Of a DNA stretch of 64,000 bases, positions 23,362 through 32,098 are shown piece by piece. The position numbers and the translations under genes are program-made. Below the pieces are notes generated by a model, which was given only the letters and a program-made list of their open reading frames with translations, was not told where the DNA came from and ran no database searches. The stretch's first letter is position 1. Each line of letters opens with the position of its first letter. The stretch is from Candidatus Eiseniibacteriota bacterium (GTDB lineage Bacteria > Eisenbacteria > RBG-16-71-46 > CAVPCR01): NCBI GenBank assembly GCA_963823555.1, contig CAWGMA010000001.1, forward strand, positions 416,001-480,000, read 5' to 3'.

Positions 23362-25391
23362 CGCCGTTCCTCCCGCCAGAACCACTCGATGGCGCGCGCC
23401 CCCAGGCTGTCGACGGCGCCGTCCGACCACCAGAAGACGGGGAACGTGAACACGAGCACCTTCCCCTGATCGCTCGTGCCCCCGAAGCGGAAGGCGCAGG
23501 GCGCGGCATCGAGGCGCGACGGGACAGGGATCGGCTCGATGCGGCTCCCGTTCGTGATGTAAGTGTAGAGCGTATCGATGTCGCCCGCCTGCTCGGGGGG
23601 CTGATCGTAGCCGATGGTCATGCCCTCGACCCGGGGGATTCCCATGAGCGGGCTCGTGTAGGGCTCCTTGGTGACGATGAGCGCGGGCCAGCCCTCGGTC
23701 ATGGCCTCCGGTGTCAGGACGGCCCCGTCCATGCCGTCGATGCGCTGGTCGGCCAGGTTCCCGCGCGGCCGGAGGAATCCTCCGGCCTCGATCTGGCTGC
23801 CGGAGCGCCGGGTCTGGATCTTCAGGAACTCGTAGCCGAAGTCCCCGGGGTCGAAGCCGAAGAACTCGGCCACGATCCCCGCCTTCGAACGGGTCAGCAC
23901 CTCCTGCCCGAAGAGCCAGACATTCCCGCCGAGCGCGACATAGGCCGCGAGCGGCAGGTTGCCCTCCGGGTCGGCGGCCCGCGTGAGCCCGGTGTTGTTG
24001 CCGGCCACGTTCCAGACAAGGAGCCGGTAGCGCCGGAGCATGGCCAGGTCCGGAGTGCCCTCGACCGGCCGGCCGTCGGGATCCGTGAACTCCACCTCAT
24101 CGATACGGAATCCGCGCCGCGCCGCTTCGGCCAGCAGGACCTCGCGGATGAAGCGGTCGTGCTCCTCATCCGGCGGCAACGACAGGCTGCCGGCCCGATC
24201 CCCGCCGATGTCATCGATGAAGAGGATCTCGCGGGCGAAATCCGGGGGGCCCACCCGGAGGTAGGCATCGACGACGAGGATCTGGCCGAGGGTGTCCCGG
24301 ATCCGGAGCAGGAAGACATGCTGCGTTTCCTCGACGCCCACCGGGTTGTCGAGCCGGATCGTGACCGCCGGGTTGGGCACGGGGATCCAGCCCGGATCGT
24401 CGGGCTCGACGCTCTCGAGATCGACGCCATAGGCATAGTCGCTGATCCGCCCGCCGTAGGACGAGGCATCCGCCGACCAGTTGAAGCTGGCGGCGCGCCC
24501 CGAGATGAGATCGAAGGTCTTGGCCTCCTCGTTCCCGGTGGGCAAGGTCACCGTCTTCCCTGGGCCGGAGAGCTCGACCACGGGGACGCCGGGCGCGGTG
24601 CGGGCGCGCAGGCGAAGGACGTTCCGCGTACCGACCAGAAGCGGCTCGACCGCGCCGGCTTCGTCCATCGCGCGCACACCGAACAGGTAGCTCCCCTCGT
24701 CGACCTCGAAGGATTCGAGCGTGCGCTGGGTGAACGCCGACCACGGCGGCCCGGCCTCCGGCGCGTCGAGCCGAGCGGCTTCGATCGTGAGCAGGCTGTC
24801 ATCGGGAACGCGCACCAGACGGGTCGAGTAGAGCTGCGGCGGGAAGCGGCCGTCCAGGTCCTCGCCCTCCCATGTCACCTCGAAGCGGAGACCGACGGTG
24901 GGGACGCCACCGGGGAAGGGGTTGAGGATTGCCGTCGTCGGGGCCACCGTCACGGCGAAGAACGAGGCGAAGGTGAACGGCGACCACGCGTCCTCGTTGT
25001 CCCTGGCCCGCACGAAGAAGGTGTGATGGCGGCCGAAGCGCTGGAGCTCGACCGGGCGGCCGTCATGGATCTCGATCACCGTGTCGTGGAAGTCATCGGC
25101 GGAGAAGACGAGCTGGGCTTCGGTCTCGGCGGTGGCCCGGATCGAGTCGGCCGCCGCGGTGTCGTCAACGGCATACTCGAAGCCGGCCACGCGACCGTCC
25201 GTGTCCTCGGCCGACCAGTAGAAGGTGACGCGGTGGATATGGAGCGAGTCGGCGGTCGGTCCCACCGTGATGTGGATGCGCGGGATCTGATTGGGTGTGC
25301 GGACGCCGGTCGTGTCCTCGGCGCAGCCGCCGGGAAGCAAGGCGGCGAGGATCGCGAGCGCGCTGCCGGCGAGGAGGGTGCGCGAGCTCAT
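23358..25391 (-). CDS. Hypothetical lipoprotein with Ig/Fn3-like repeats
   Basis: MSSRTLL...LPGGC lipobox and 'HTFFVRARDNE' / 'YLFGVRAMDEAG' Ig-type strands. ATGA overlaps on both sides. Confidence 0.75.
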   Translation of the reverse strand: MSSRTLLAGSALAILAALLPGGCAEDTTGVRTPNQIPRIHITVGPTADSLHIHRVTFYWSAEDTDGRVAGFEYAVDDTAAADSIRATAETEAQLVFSADDFHDTVIEIHDGRPVELQRFGRHHTFFVRARDNEDAWSPFTFASFFAVTVAPTTAILNPFPGGVPTVGLRFEVTWEGEDLDGRFPPQLYSTRLVRVPDDSLLTIEAARLDAPEAGPPWSAFTQRTLESFEVDEGSYLFGVRAMDEAGAVEPLLVGTRNVLRLRARTAPGVPVVELSGPGKTVTLPTGNEEAKTFDLISGRAASFNWSADASSYGGRISDYAYGVDLESVEPDDPGWIPVPNPAVTIRLDNPVGVEETQHVFLLRIRDTLGQILVVDAYLRVGPPDFAREILFIDDIGGDRAGSLSLPPDEEHDRFIREVLLAEAARRGFRIDEVEFTDPDGRPVEGTPDLAMLRRYRLLVWNVAGNNTGLTRAADPEGNLPLAAYVALGGNVWLFGQEVLTRSKAGIVAEFFGFDPGDFGYEFLKIQTRRSGSQIEAGGFLRPRGNLADQRIDGMDGAVLTPEAMTEGWPALIVTKEPYTSPLMGIPRVEGMTIGYDQPPEQAGDIDTLYTYITNGSRIEPIPVPSRLDAAPCAFRFGGTSDQGKVLVFTFPVFWWSDGAVDSLGARAIEWFWREERR

Positions 25392-26779
25392 GGCAGCACC
25401 TCGAGATCGAGCGCGTTGTTCTCCATGAGCGGCAGCGGCCGGTTGAGGCGCGAGAGCGTCTGCCAGCTCACGAGCACGACCGGGGTTTCCAGGTTCCGCC
25501 ACGAGAGGACGAGAAGATCGCCGGTGCGGGGGTTCTCGGCCAGGTCGCCGAGGACACGGAACAGGTTCTGCCCCGGTGACTCGGGGACGGGCGCCAGGTC
25601 GGAAGCCCTGACCGCGAGCACGTGGTTGTAGCGACCGATGAAGTAGACCCGGTCGCGCACCGGGGAGAGGATCATCGACCACAGGCGATCGCAGCTGCAG
25701 GCCGGCATCTGGAAGCTCACCGTGCGCTCGGGCGCGATCAGATCGACGACCGCGTAGCGCTGGGCCCCGCCGACCCAGGCCCGGCCCCGCGGCTCGTCGA
25801 CCAGGATGGAGTGCGCGTAGGGTGCGCTCTCGGCGGGAAAGCCCTGAACGACCTCGAGTCCCGGCAGCCGGAACCCGGCGAGCGCCGCGCCGCCGTCGAG
25901 GGCGACGAGGAGGATGCCCAGCGTGCGCGCCACCTCCACCCGGACCGGGTCGGCATCGGGGCGATCGAAGACGAGCGGCGGCGCGGCCACCGCGAGCGTC
26001 GTGGCATCGAGGATGTGCACCGCCGGCGCGCCCGGCGCGACCACGAACACGCGCTGGTGCTCCGGGCTCACCGCCAGGTCGGCCGCGTCCGAGGGCAAGA
26101 CGAGCCCGGAATCGCGGAGCACCATGAGCGATCGCCCGTCCACCACGAGCACCCCCGCGCCCTGCTGGAAGGGCCCGATGTAGAGGACGTAGACCACGCC
26201 CTCGCCACGCTCGGCGCGCAGCCGGCGTGGCGAACCCGCGAGCGGGACGGGGGATTCCTCGACCTCCTCGTAGGTGTTCACATCGAGCACGGTGAGGCTG
26301 TTGCTGCCGGCATTGGCGCAATAGAAGCGGCCGATCTCGTGGAGGGCGAGCGCGGTCGTGAAGCGGACGACGAGCGAGTCCGGGCGCGCGTTGCCGGCCT
26401 GGTCGGCGATGCCGGCGGCGAGCGTCGCGGTGAAGTCCGCGGGGATGGTGAAGGGCACGTATGGTGTGAAGGAGATCACGGTGGCTGTCGAGTCGAGGGC
26501 GACATCGCCGCCGACGAGGCCGAGCGGGCCGCGGACCGTGAGGGCCGCCGCCGTGTCGGCGAGGGCGATCGGTTCGTCGAAGGCGAACCAAACGGTGGAC
26601 GAGGCCGGGAACCCGACCGCGCCGTCGGCCGGGTTCGCGCTCACGACCTCGGGCGGGTCGAGATCCGGAGCGACCGGGGTGCCGCCGCCATCGTCCCCGC
26701 AGCCGGAGAGGAGCACGAGCGCGAGGAGCGCCGCTGCGAGTAGCCCGCGCCATCCCGGGTGGGCCGCGTTCGTCCTCAT
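25388..26779 (-). CDS. Lipoprotein with bacterial Ig-like (Big_5) domain and YVTN-like beta-propeller
   Basis: Lipobox LSGC, 'PPEVVSANPADGA...F.F.EPI' and 'YCANAGSNSLTVLD'. Confidence 0.8.
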   Translation of the reverse strand: MRTNAAHPGWRGLLAAALLALVLLSGCGDDGGGTPVAPDLDPPEVVSANPADGAVGFPASSTVWFAFDEPIALADTAAALTVRGPLGLVGGDVALDSTATVISFTPYVPFTIPADFTATLAAGIADQAGNARPDSLVVRFTTALALHEIGRFYCANAGSNSLTVLDVNTYEEVEESPVPLAGSPRRLRAERGEGVVYVLYIGPFQQGAGVLVVDGRSLMVLRDSGLVLPSDAADLAVSPEHQRVFVVAPGAPAVHILDATTLAVAAPPLVFDRPDADPVRVEVARTLGILLVALDGGAALAGFRLPGLEVVQGFPAESAPYAHSILVDEPRGRAWVGGAQRYAVVDLIAPERTVSFQMPACSCDRLWSMILSPVRDRVYFIGRYNHVLAVRASDLAPVPESPGQNLFRVLGDLAENPRTGDLLVLSWRNLETPVVLVSWQTLSRLNRPLPLMENNALDLEVLP

Positions 26780-29223
26780 TGCACGATCACCAGCTTGTCG
26801 CGCAGGCGCTGATAGGGCGTCTCGACGACATAGATGTAGATCCCGGGGGCGACGGGCTGGCCGTTCCGCGACAGCAGATCCCAGGCCACGACTCCGGTCT
26901 GCCCCTCGCCTTCGAGCGAGCGCACGAGATCCCCTCCCAGGCTGTAGATGCGCACGACGGAGCGCCCGGCCGGCAGCCCCATGAACTCGATCTTACGCCC
27001 CGAGGGATCGGTGCGGTTGGGGGCGAGATCCCATTCGGCGCGCGCCACATAGGGGTTCGGCACGGCGCGGATCGGCCCGCCGGCGCCCGGCGCCGGTCCT
27101 TCCTCCGGATAGAGGAGGCTCGTCGCGGCGGCCCGCGGCTCGAGGCTCCGGACGATGGTCGTCCCGCCCGGCTGGGGTTCCACTGAAAACGGCGTTACAT
27201 CGTAGAAAACGGCGAAGCCGTTGGTGACGCCGGTGTCCACGAAGCGGTAGCGCCCGACCGCATAATGGGCGATCAGGGAATCGTCGGGACCGGGAACCGC
27301 CGCGATGATCTCCGTGCCTTCCACCACGAACGGCACCGGCGCCGGCGGCAGCCCCGACCACGGGAGCGGCAGATCGACGACCACCTGCCACTCATCGCGT
27401 GTCGGCCCGCTCGAACCGGGTGGCCGGGTCCAGCCCTCGGCGCGCCACACCCGGTAGCCGGCGACGGGTGGCAGCACTTCCTTGGCTGTCGGCAGCTCGG
27501 CGGCGTTGTCCCATTCGATCATTACCTGCCGGTCGCCGGGCGTGAAGCGGCTGCCGATCGGCCGCGAGCTGACCTGCGTGGCCGTATCCGCCCAGCGCGT
27601 GAGCGACTCGCCGCCCACGGCATTCGGGGTGCAGCTGTCACAGTCGGCATCCACGAAGACGCATTGCAGGCCAAGCACGCGCACGCGATCGGTGCATCGG
27701 TTCTCCGGCAGTCCGGGACAGAAGGTCTGGATGTAGGAGTTGAGGCAGCCCGCATGGCGGCGATCCAGGGTCTGGCTCTCGTCGCAATCGTGGTCGACGC
27801 GCATCGGCGAGAAGTAGCAGAAGGGCGCGTCGGCGCTGGTGAGACAGGTCTCGAAGCCATTGCGGCCCGAGAAGCTCGAGCCGTCCAGATCGAGCCAGCG
27901 GCCGTGGAACTGCTCTTCGAGCGTGGTGAGATTGGCGGCCAGCTCGGCGCGGTCGGCGGCCACGATGAGGGCGGTCGTGAGCTCGATCCGCGCTCCCGGC
28001 AGGAGCTCCGAGTACGGGCCGGCGTTCATGATGAAGCGATGGTCGTCGACACGCAGGTCGCCCTGGTACCCGGTGCGGGCGAGGAGCGCGTACTTCTCGG
28101 CATCCGACAGCTCCTCCCGGGTGCGGTCGAAGGTGACGCGACCGGCCAGGTGGACGATACCCGACGGGCCCACCCGGTCGGGAGCGCGAAAACCGAAGAA
28201 CTGGGTCGTGTGATCGAGGAGGACGGCGGCGACGAGCCCCGGCGCATCGCCGCCCGCACCTTCTGTGCCATCGGGAACATCCTCGACGATGACCACCGGG
28301 CGCTCGAAGGGTACGGTCGCGCATCCCGGCGCCGGGAACTCGGCGCGGTTGGGAAAGGTGCCGCGGATCGTCTCGATCGAGTAGCGGTCGTCCCGCCAGT
28401 AGCCGTCGTGGGCCTTGGGGCCGACGTCCGGATCGACGTAGAAGCCGGCGCGCACATCGTAGAGCGTGGTTCCGGACACGTTCTCGATCGTGTACTGGAC
28501 GACGACGCAGCGATCGAGCCCGGCCACACCCTCGGCCCAGGTCCAGGATGACTGCTCGATCTTGAGTCCGAGCGGCCGGTGGGCGAGGAGCTGGGCCCGA
28601 GCCTCGGGCGTATCGTCGCGATACTCGCAGGCGAAGGTCTGGTTGCCGAGGGCGACGTAGTCCTCGTCGACGCGGCCGTCCCCGTCGTCGTCCTTGCCGT
28701 TCAGGAACTCCTCGTCGATCGCGCCGTCCCGATCATCGTCGGCTTCCTCCACCTCCCGCGTGCTGCCGAAGCGGCGTGTACCCTGATCGCCGTCGAAGCT
28801 CGTGTAGATCCGATCCACCTCAGCGAGCGAGGGCCGGAGCTCGCTCACCGGCGCCGCCGTGGAGACCCCGATGAGGGCGCCGCTGCGGTCGTTGGCGCCG
28901 ATCCAGAGCCCCGCCTCGAGCAGGAACTCGTTGGCGCTGCCGGCCGGCCACTCGAGGGAGGGATGGTCGGAAAAGGAGGGGTAGGTGGGGTTCCCGAGCA
29001 CGCCGAGGTTGGTGACGAAGAGACGCACCGCCCCGGCGTCATGGATATGCTCGCCCGCGCGCTCGAGGATGGCGCCGGCCGGCGGGGCGAGGGTGAAAGC
29101 CAGCACCATGGCGGTGAGGGGAACGAGCCAGGATGGCACGGAGGGGGAGGGAAGGGCCGCGCCCGCCTGGGAATCAAGCTCACGCCGGCGCCGATCGAGC
29201 CCAGCTCGATCGTCAGACTCCAT
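26776..29223 (-). CDS. Large secreted protein with Ca-binding DxDxDG motifs, Cys-rich insert and C-terminal FlgD/T9SS-like domain
   Basis: LEWPAGS..E.L...GLWIG, DDDRDGAIDEE / DDDGDGRVDED, and AVPNPY...WDL...PGIYIY. Confidence 0.78.
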   Translation of the reverse strand: MESDDRAGLDRRRRELDSQAGAALPSPSVPSWLVPLTAMVLAFTLAPPAGAILERAGEHIHDAGAVRLFVTNLGVLGNPTYPSFSDHPSLEWPAGSANEFLLEAGLWIGANDRSGALIGVSTAAPVSELRPSLAEVDRIYTSFDGDQGTRRFGSTREVEEADDDRDGAIDEEFLNGKDDDGDGRVDEDYVALGNQTFACEYRDDTPEARAQLLAHRPLGLKIEQSSWTWAEGVAGLDRCVVVQYTIENVSGTTLYDVRAGFYVDPDVGPKAHDGYWRDDRYSIETIRGTFPNRAEFPAPGCATVPFERPVVIVEDVPDGTEGAGGDAPGLVAAVLLDHTTQFFGFRAPDRVGPSGIVHLAGRVTFDRTREELSDAEKYALLARTGYQGDLRVDDHRFIMNAGPYSELLPGARIELTTALIVAADRAELAANLTTLEEQFHGRWLDLDGSSFSGRNGFETCLTSADAPFCYFSPMRVDHDCDESQTLDRRHAGCLNSYIQTFCPGLPENRCTDRVRVLGLQCVFVDADCDSCTPNAVGGESLTRWADTATQVSSRPIGSRFTPGDRQVMIEWDNAAELPTAKEVLPPVAGYRVWRAEGWTRPPGSSGPTRDEWQVVVDLPLPWSGLPPAPVPFVVEGTEIIAAVPGPDDSLIAHYAVGRYRFVDTGVTNGFAVFYDVTPFSVEPQPGGTTIVRSLEPRAAATSLLYPEEGPAPGAGGPIRAVPNPYVARAEWDLAPNRTDPSGRKIEFMGLPAGRSVVRIYSLGGDLVRSLEGEGQTGVVAWDLLSRNGQPVAPGIYIYVVETPYQRLRDKLVIVQ

Positions 29224-29389
29224 CGCAGCTCCTTCTGGAGTGGGTGAGTCGAGTCTAGTCCCTTGGGTTCCGGTGTGCAATGGCTGCCAGCACAAGCGCC
29301 TGGGTGCTCTATAATGATGCCGGCGGCCGAGCGTTGACGTTTGTCCGCCGGCGCCCCCCTGGACCCGGAGCGGGGAGACACGTGCGGCC

Positions 29390-31276
29390 ATGAAGAGGCT
29401 TCCCATCCTTGTGTTTGGACTCGTTGCGGCGCTTCTCTTCGCGGTTGCCGCGGCCTCCGGAAACGAGGACTGCTCGGACGCCATCGACCTCACCGGCATG
29501 CCCCTGCCCCTGACCGTGACCGGGACCACGGCGGGGAAGGCCAACGACTACGGGCCCTTCCCCGACCGCCCCGATTGCTGGCAGGGCGAGCGCTGGCGCT
29601 CGACCTCATGCATCGGAGGCGATGCCACCTACAAATGGACCGCGCCCGCCGCGGGCCTCTACACCTTCTCCACCTGTCACAGCGAGGCCTTCAACACCGA
29701 CATACTGCTCTACGACGACACCTGCCCGGACGAGCCGCGCTACCCCGAGGACTTCATCTGCGGCAACGATGCGCGCTGCCCCTTGAACGCGCTCCTCAAG
29801 GACATCCCGCTCGCCGCCGGCCAGGAAGTCCTCATCGTCGTCGATTCCGGACCGGGAGGGGAGGGCCCCTTCGAGCTCGATATCGCCGAGACCACCGTGC
29901 TCGAAACCGCGATCGAGGTGCTGATGGATGCCCACCGCATCCCCGGGACGGCGGCCACCGTCGTCGGTCCCGAAGGGGTCTCCTGGCGCGGCAACTTCGG
30001 TCTGGCCGACATGGCCACGGCTCGTGCCGTCGACGACTCGACCCTCTTCTACATTGCATCCGTCTCCAAGCCGGTCACCGGGGCGGCGCTCATGCAGCTC
30101 CACGACCGCGGGCTGTTCGCTCTCGACGACGACATCGACGACTACCTGCCCTTCGCGGTCCATCATCCGCTGTTCCCGGACTCGATCATGACCTTCCGCA
30201 TGCTGCTCTCCCACGTGAGCGGCATCGACGACAACTGGGACGTCATGGAATCGGTCATGGTCTGCGACATGGACTCGCCGGTGGCGCTCGGCGACTTCCT
30301 CGCGGAGTACTTCACACCGGGAGGGGCCTTCTACGATCCCGATCTCAACTTCACCGACAGCGCTCCGGGGACCGAGTATCGCTACTCGAACATCGGCGCC
30401 TGCCTGGCCGGGTACCTGGTCGAGTGCATCCTCTCCGCGATCGAGCCCGGGAGCACCCTCGAATCGGCCTGCCAGGAGCATCTCTTCGCGCCGCTGGGCA
30501 TGAACGGGACCTCCTGGTTCCTCTCCGGCGTGGACATGGAACATCTCGCCACGCCCTACCACTACGAGAATGGAGTCCAGAATCCCCTCTGCCAGCTCGG
30601 GATGCCCTGGTATCCCTCGACCACCCTGCACACGAGTGCCAGCGAACTATCGCGCTTCGTAGCCGCCTTCATCCGCGGTGGCGAGCTGGGCGGCGCCCGC
30701 ATTCTCGAGCCGGCGACGGTCGACACGATCCTCACCCTTCACTACCCCGACCTCTACGCCTATGGACTCCTGTGGAGCGGCGAGGACTGGATCGGGCTTC
30801 CGAGCTGGAACCACGGAGGTGTGTTCCTCGGAACCAGGACCTTGATGTGGCTCTTCCCGGAGGAGGATGTGGGTGGCATCGTCCTCACCAACGGCGAGTC
30901 GACCGGCGGCCTGTGGGACATCGCGGAGCGGATCATGACCTACAGCATCGATGCTTCGACCACTGTGGCGGAAGCAGCGATGCCGGATCACGCGGCGCCG
31001 GGTCTACGTCCCGGCTCGCCCAATCCCTCCCGCGGCGCCACCACCATCGGTTACGAGCTTCCCGCGCCCGCGGCGGCGACGATCAAGATCTACGATGCCC
31101 AGGGACGGCTGGTGCGCACGCTACGGGATGGCACCACCATGGAGCCCGCGGGCAGCCATCATGTGCGCTGGGACGGCCGTGACGACAGGGGATACGCAGC
31201 GTCTGCCGGCGTCTACTTCTGTCGTCTGAGCGCGGGTAACACAGACCGCGCCAACAAGATCGTGCTGATTCGCTGA
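29390..31276 (+). CDS. Secreted serine hydrolase (beta-lactamase/PBP class C fold) with C-terminal FlgD-Ig domain
   Basis: SVSK (SxxK), LLSHVSG, YSN and HGG motifs; C-terminal SPNP...IYDAQGRLVR...WDG...GVYF. Confidence 0.88.
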   Translation: MKRLPILVFGLVAALLFAVAAASGNEDCSDAIDLTGMPLPLTVTGTTAGKANDYGPFPDRPDCWQGERWRSTSCIGGDATYKWTAPAAGLYTFSTCHSEAFNTDILLYDDTCPDEPRYPEDFICGNDARCPLNALLKDIPLAAGQEVLIVVDSGPGGEGPFELDIAETTVLETAIEVLMDAHRIPGTAATVVGPEGVSWRGNFGLADMATARAVDDSTLFYIASVSKPVTGAALMQLHDRGLFALDDDIDDYLPFAVHHPLFPDSIMTFRMLLSHVSGIDDNWDVMESVMVCDMDSPVALGDFLAEYFTPGGAFYDPDLNFTDSAPGTEYRYSNIGACLAGYLVECILSAIEPGSTLESACQEHLFAPLGMNGTSWFLSGVDMEHLATPYHYENGVQNPLCQLGMPWYPSTTLHTSASELSRFVAAFIRGGELGGARILEPATVDTILTLHYPDLYAYGLLWSGEDWIGLPSWNHGGVFLGTRTLMWLFPEEDVGGIVLTNGESTGGLWDIAERIMTYSIDASTTVAEAAMPDHAAPGLRPGSPNPSRGATTIGYELPAPAAATIKIYDAQGRLVRTLRDGTTMEPAGSHHVRWDGRDDRGYAASAGVYFCRLSAGNTDRANKIVLIR

Positions 31277-31384
31277 TCTTCTTGACGGGGCAGCCGCGCT
31301 CAGGGATACTCCTTCGCCACGCAGCGCCATGTGCTGCGCGTCGCCCCTTCAACCATTGAATTCCAAGTCAATAGGAGTTGCCCC

Positions 31385-32032
31385 ATGACCCTCAGTGCAT
31401 CGACAAGCCGCCGGTTGCTTGCCCTCGCAGCCGTGATGCTCTTTGCCTCCGCGACCGTAGCCCTGGCCGCCGACGCCACGGGCTCCTCGACGGCGACCAG
31501 CCTCAAGGAATGGCTCAAGCTCTCCGACGACCAGGTCGAGAAGCTCAGGCCGATCATCAAGGATCGCGTGATCAAGGGGGATGCCGCCCTCGACAAGCTC
31601 GAGGCCGGCAACCCGCCGAACATCAACGCCTACCTCGAAGAGCGCAAGGAGATCAAGGACGAGTTCCAGGCGAAGGCGAAGGAGATCCTCACGCCGGAGC
31701 AGCAGAAGCAGATGCAGGAGCTCCGGGTCGAGATCGAGAAGGCCTTCGTCCAGGAGTCGGCCGCCAAGAGCCTCAGCGACATGCAGGTGGCGCTCAACCT
31801 CAGTGATGAGCAAGTGAAGAAGATCGAGCCCGCCGTGACCTCGTCGACCCAGGGCACGCTCGACCTGCTCCAGGAGCTCGGTGCCAAGGGCAAGCTCGAG
31901 AAGTCCGATATCGATGCCGCGACGGCGGCTCTCGACAAGATCGGTGTCGATCTCGACAAGGCGGTCACCGGCGTCCTGACGCCGGATCAGCTCGAGACCT
32001 ACAAGAAGCTCGTGGCCGGCGACGTTCAGTAG
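31385..32032 (+). CDS. Secreted helical protein with two Spy/CpxP-like LTxxQ repeats
   Basis: Signal peptide, LKLSDDQ / LNLSDEQ and ILTPEQ / VLTPDQ repeats. Promoter TTGACG-17-GATACT upstream. Confidence 0.7.
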   Translation: MTLSASTSRRLLALAAVMLFASATVALAADATGSSTATSLKEWLKLSDDQVEKLRPIIKDRVIKGDAALDKLEAGNPPNINAYLEERKEIKDEFQAKAKEILTPEQQKQMQELRVEIEKAFVQESAAKSLSDMQVALNLSDEQVKKIEPAVTSSTQGTLDLLQELGAKGKLEKSDIDAATAALDKIGVDLDKAVTGVLTPDQLETYKKLVAGDVQ

Positions 32033-32059
32033 TCGCGCACGGGCCGTTGTCGAACGAAC

Positions 32060-32090
32060 GGGGTCTGCGCCGGAAATCGGCGCAGACCCC
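32060..32090. terminator. Hairpin between convergent genes
   Basis: GGGGTCTGCGCCG-GAAAT-CGGCGCAGACCCC, 13 bp perfect, followed by CTTCTCTT. Confidence 0.7.
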
Positions 32091-32098
32091 CTTCTCTT

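Noticed and set aside
23148..25631. Long antisense/alternative-frame ORFs (e.g. 827 aa at 23148-25631 +, 672 aa at 53273-55291 -, 614 aa at 62007-63851 -)
   Set aside because: These are shadow ORFs of high-GC coding sequence that overlap well-supported genes and have no recognisable motifs.
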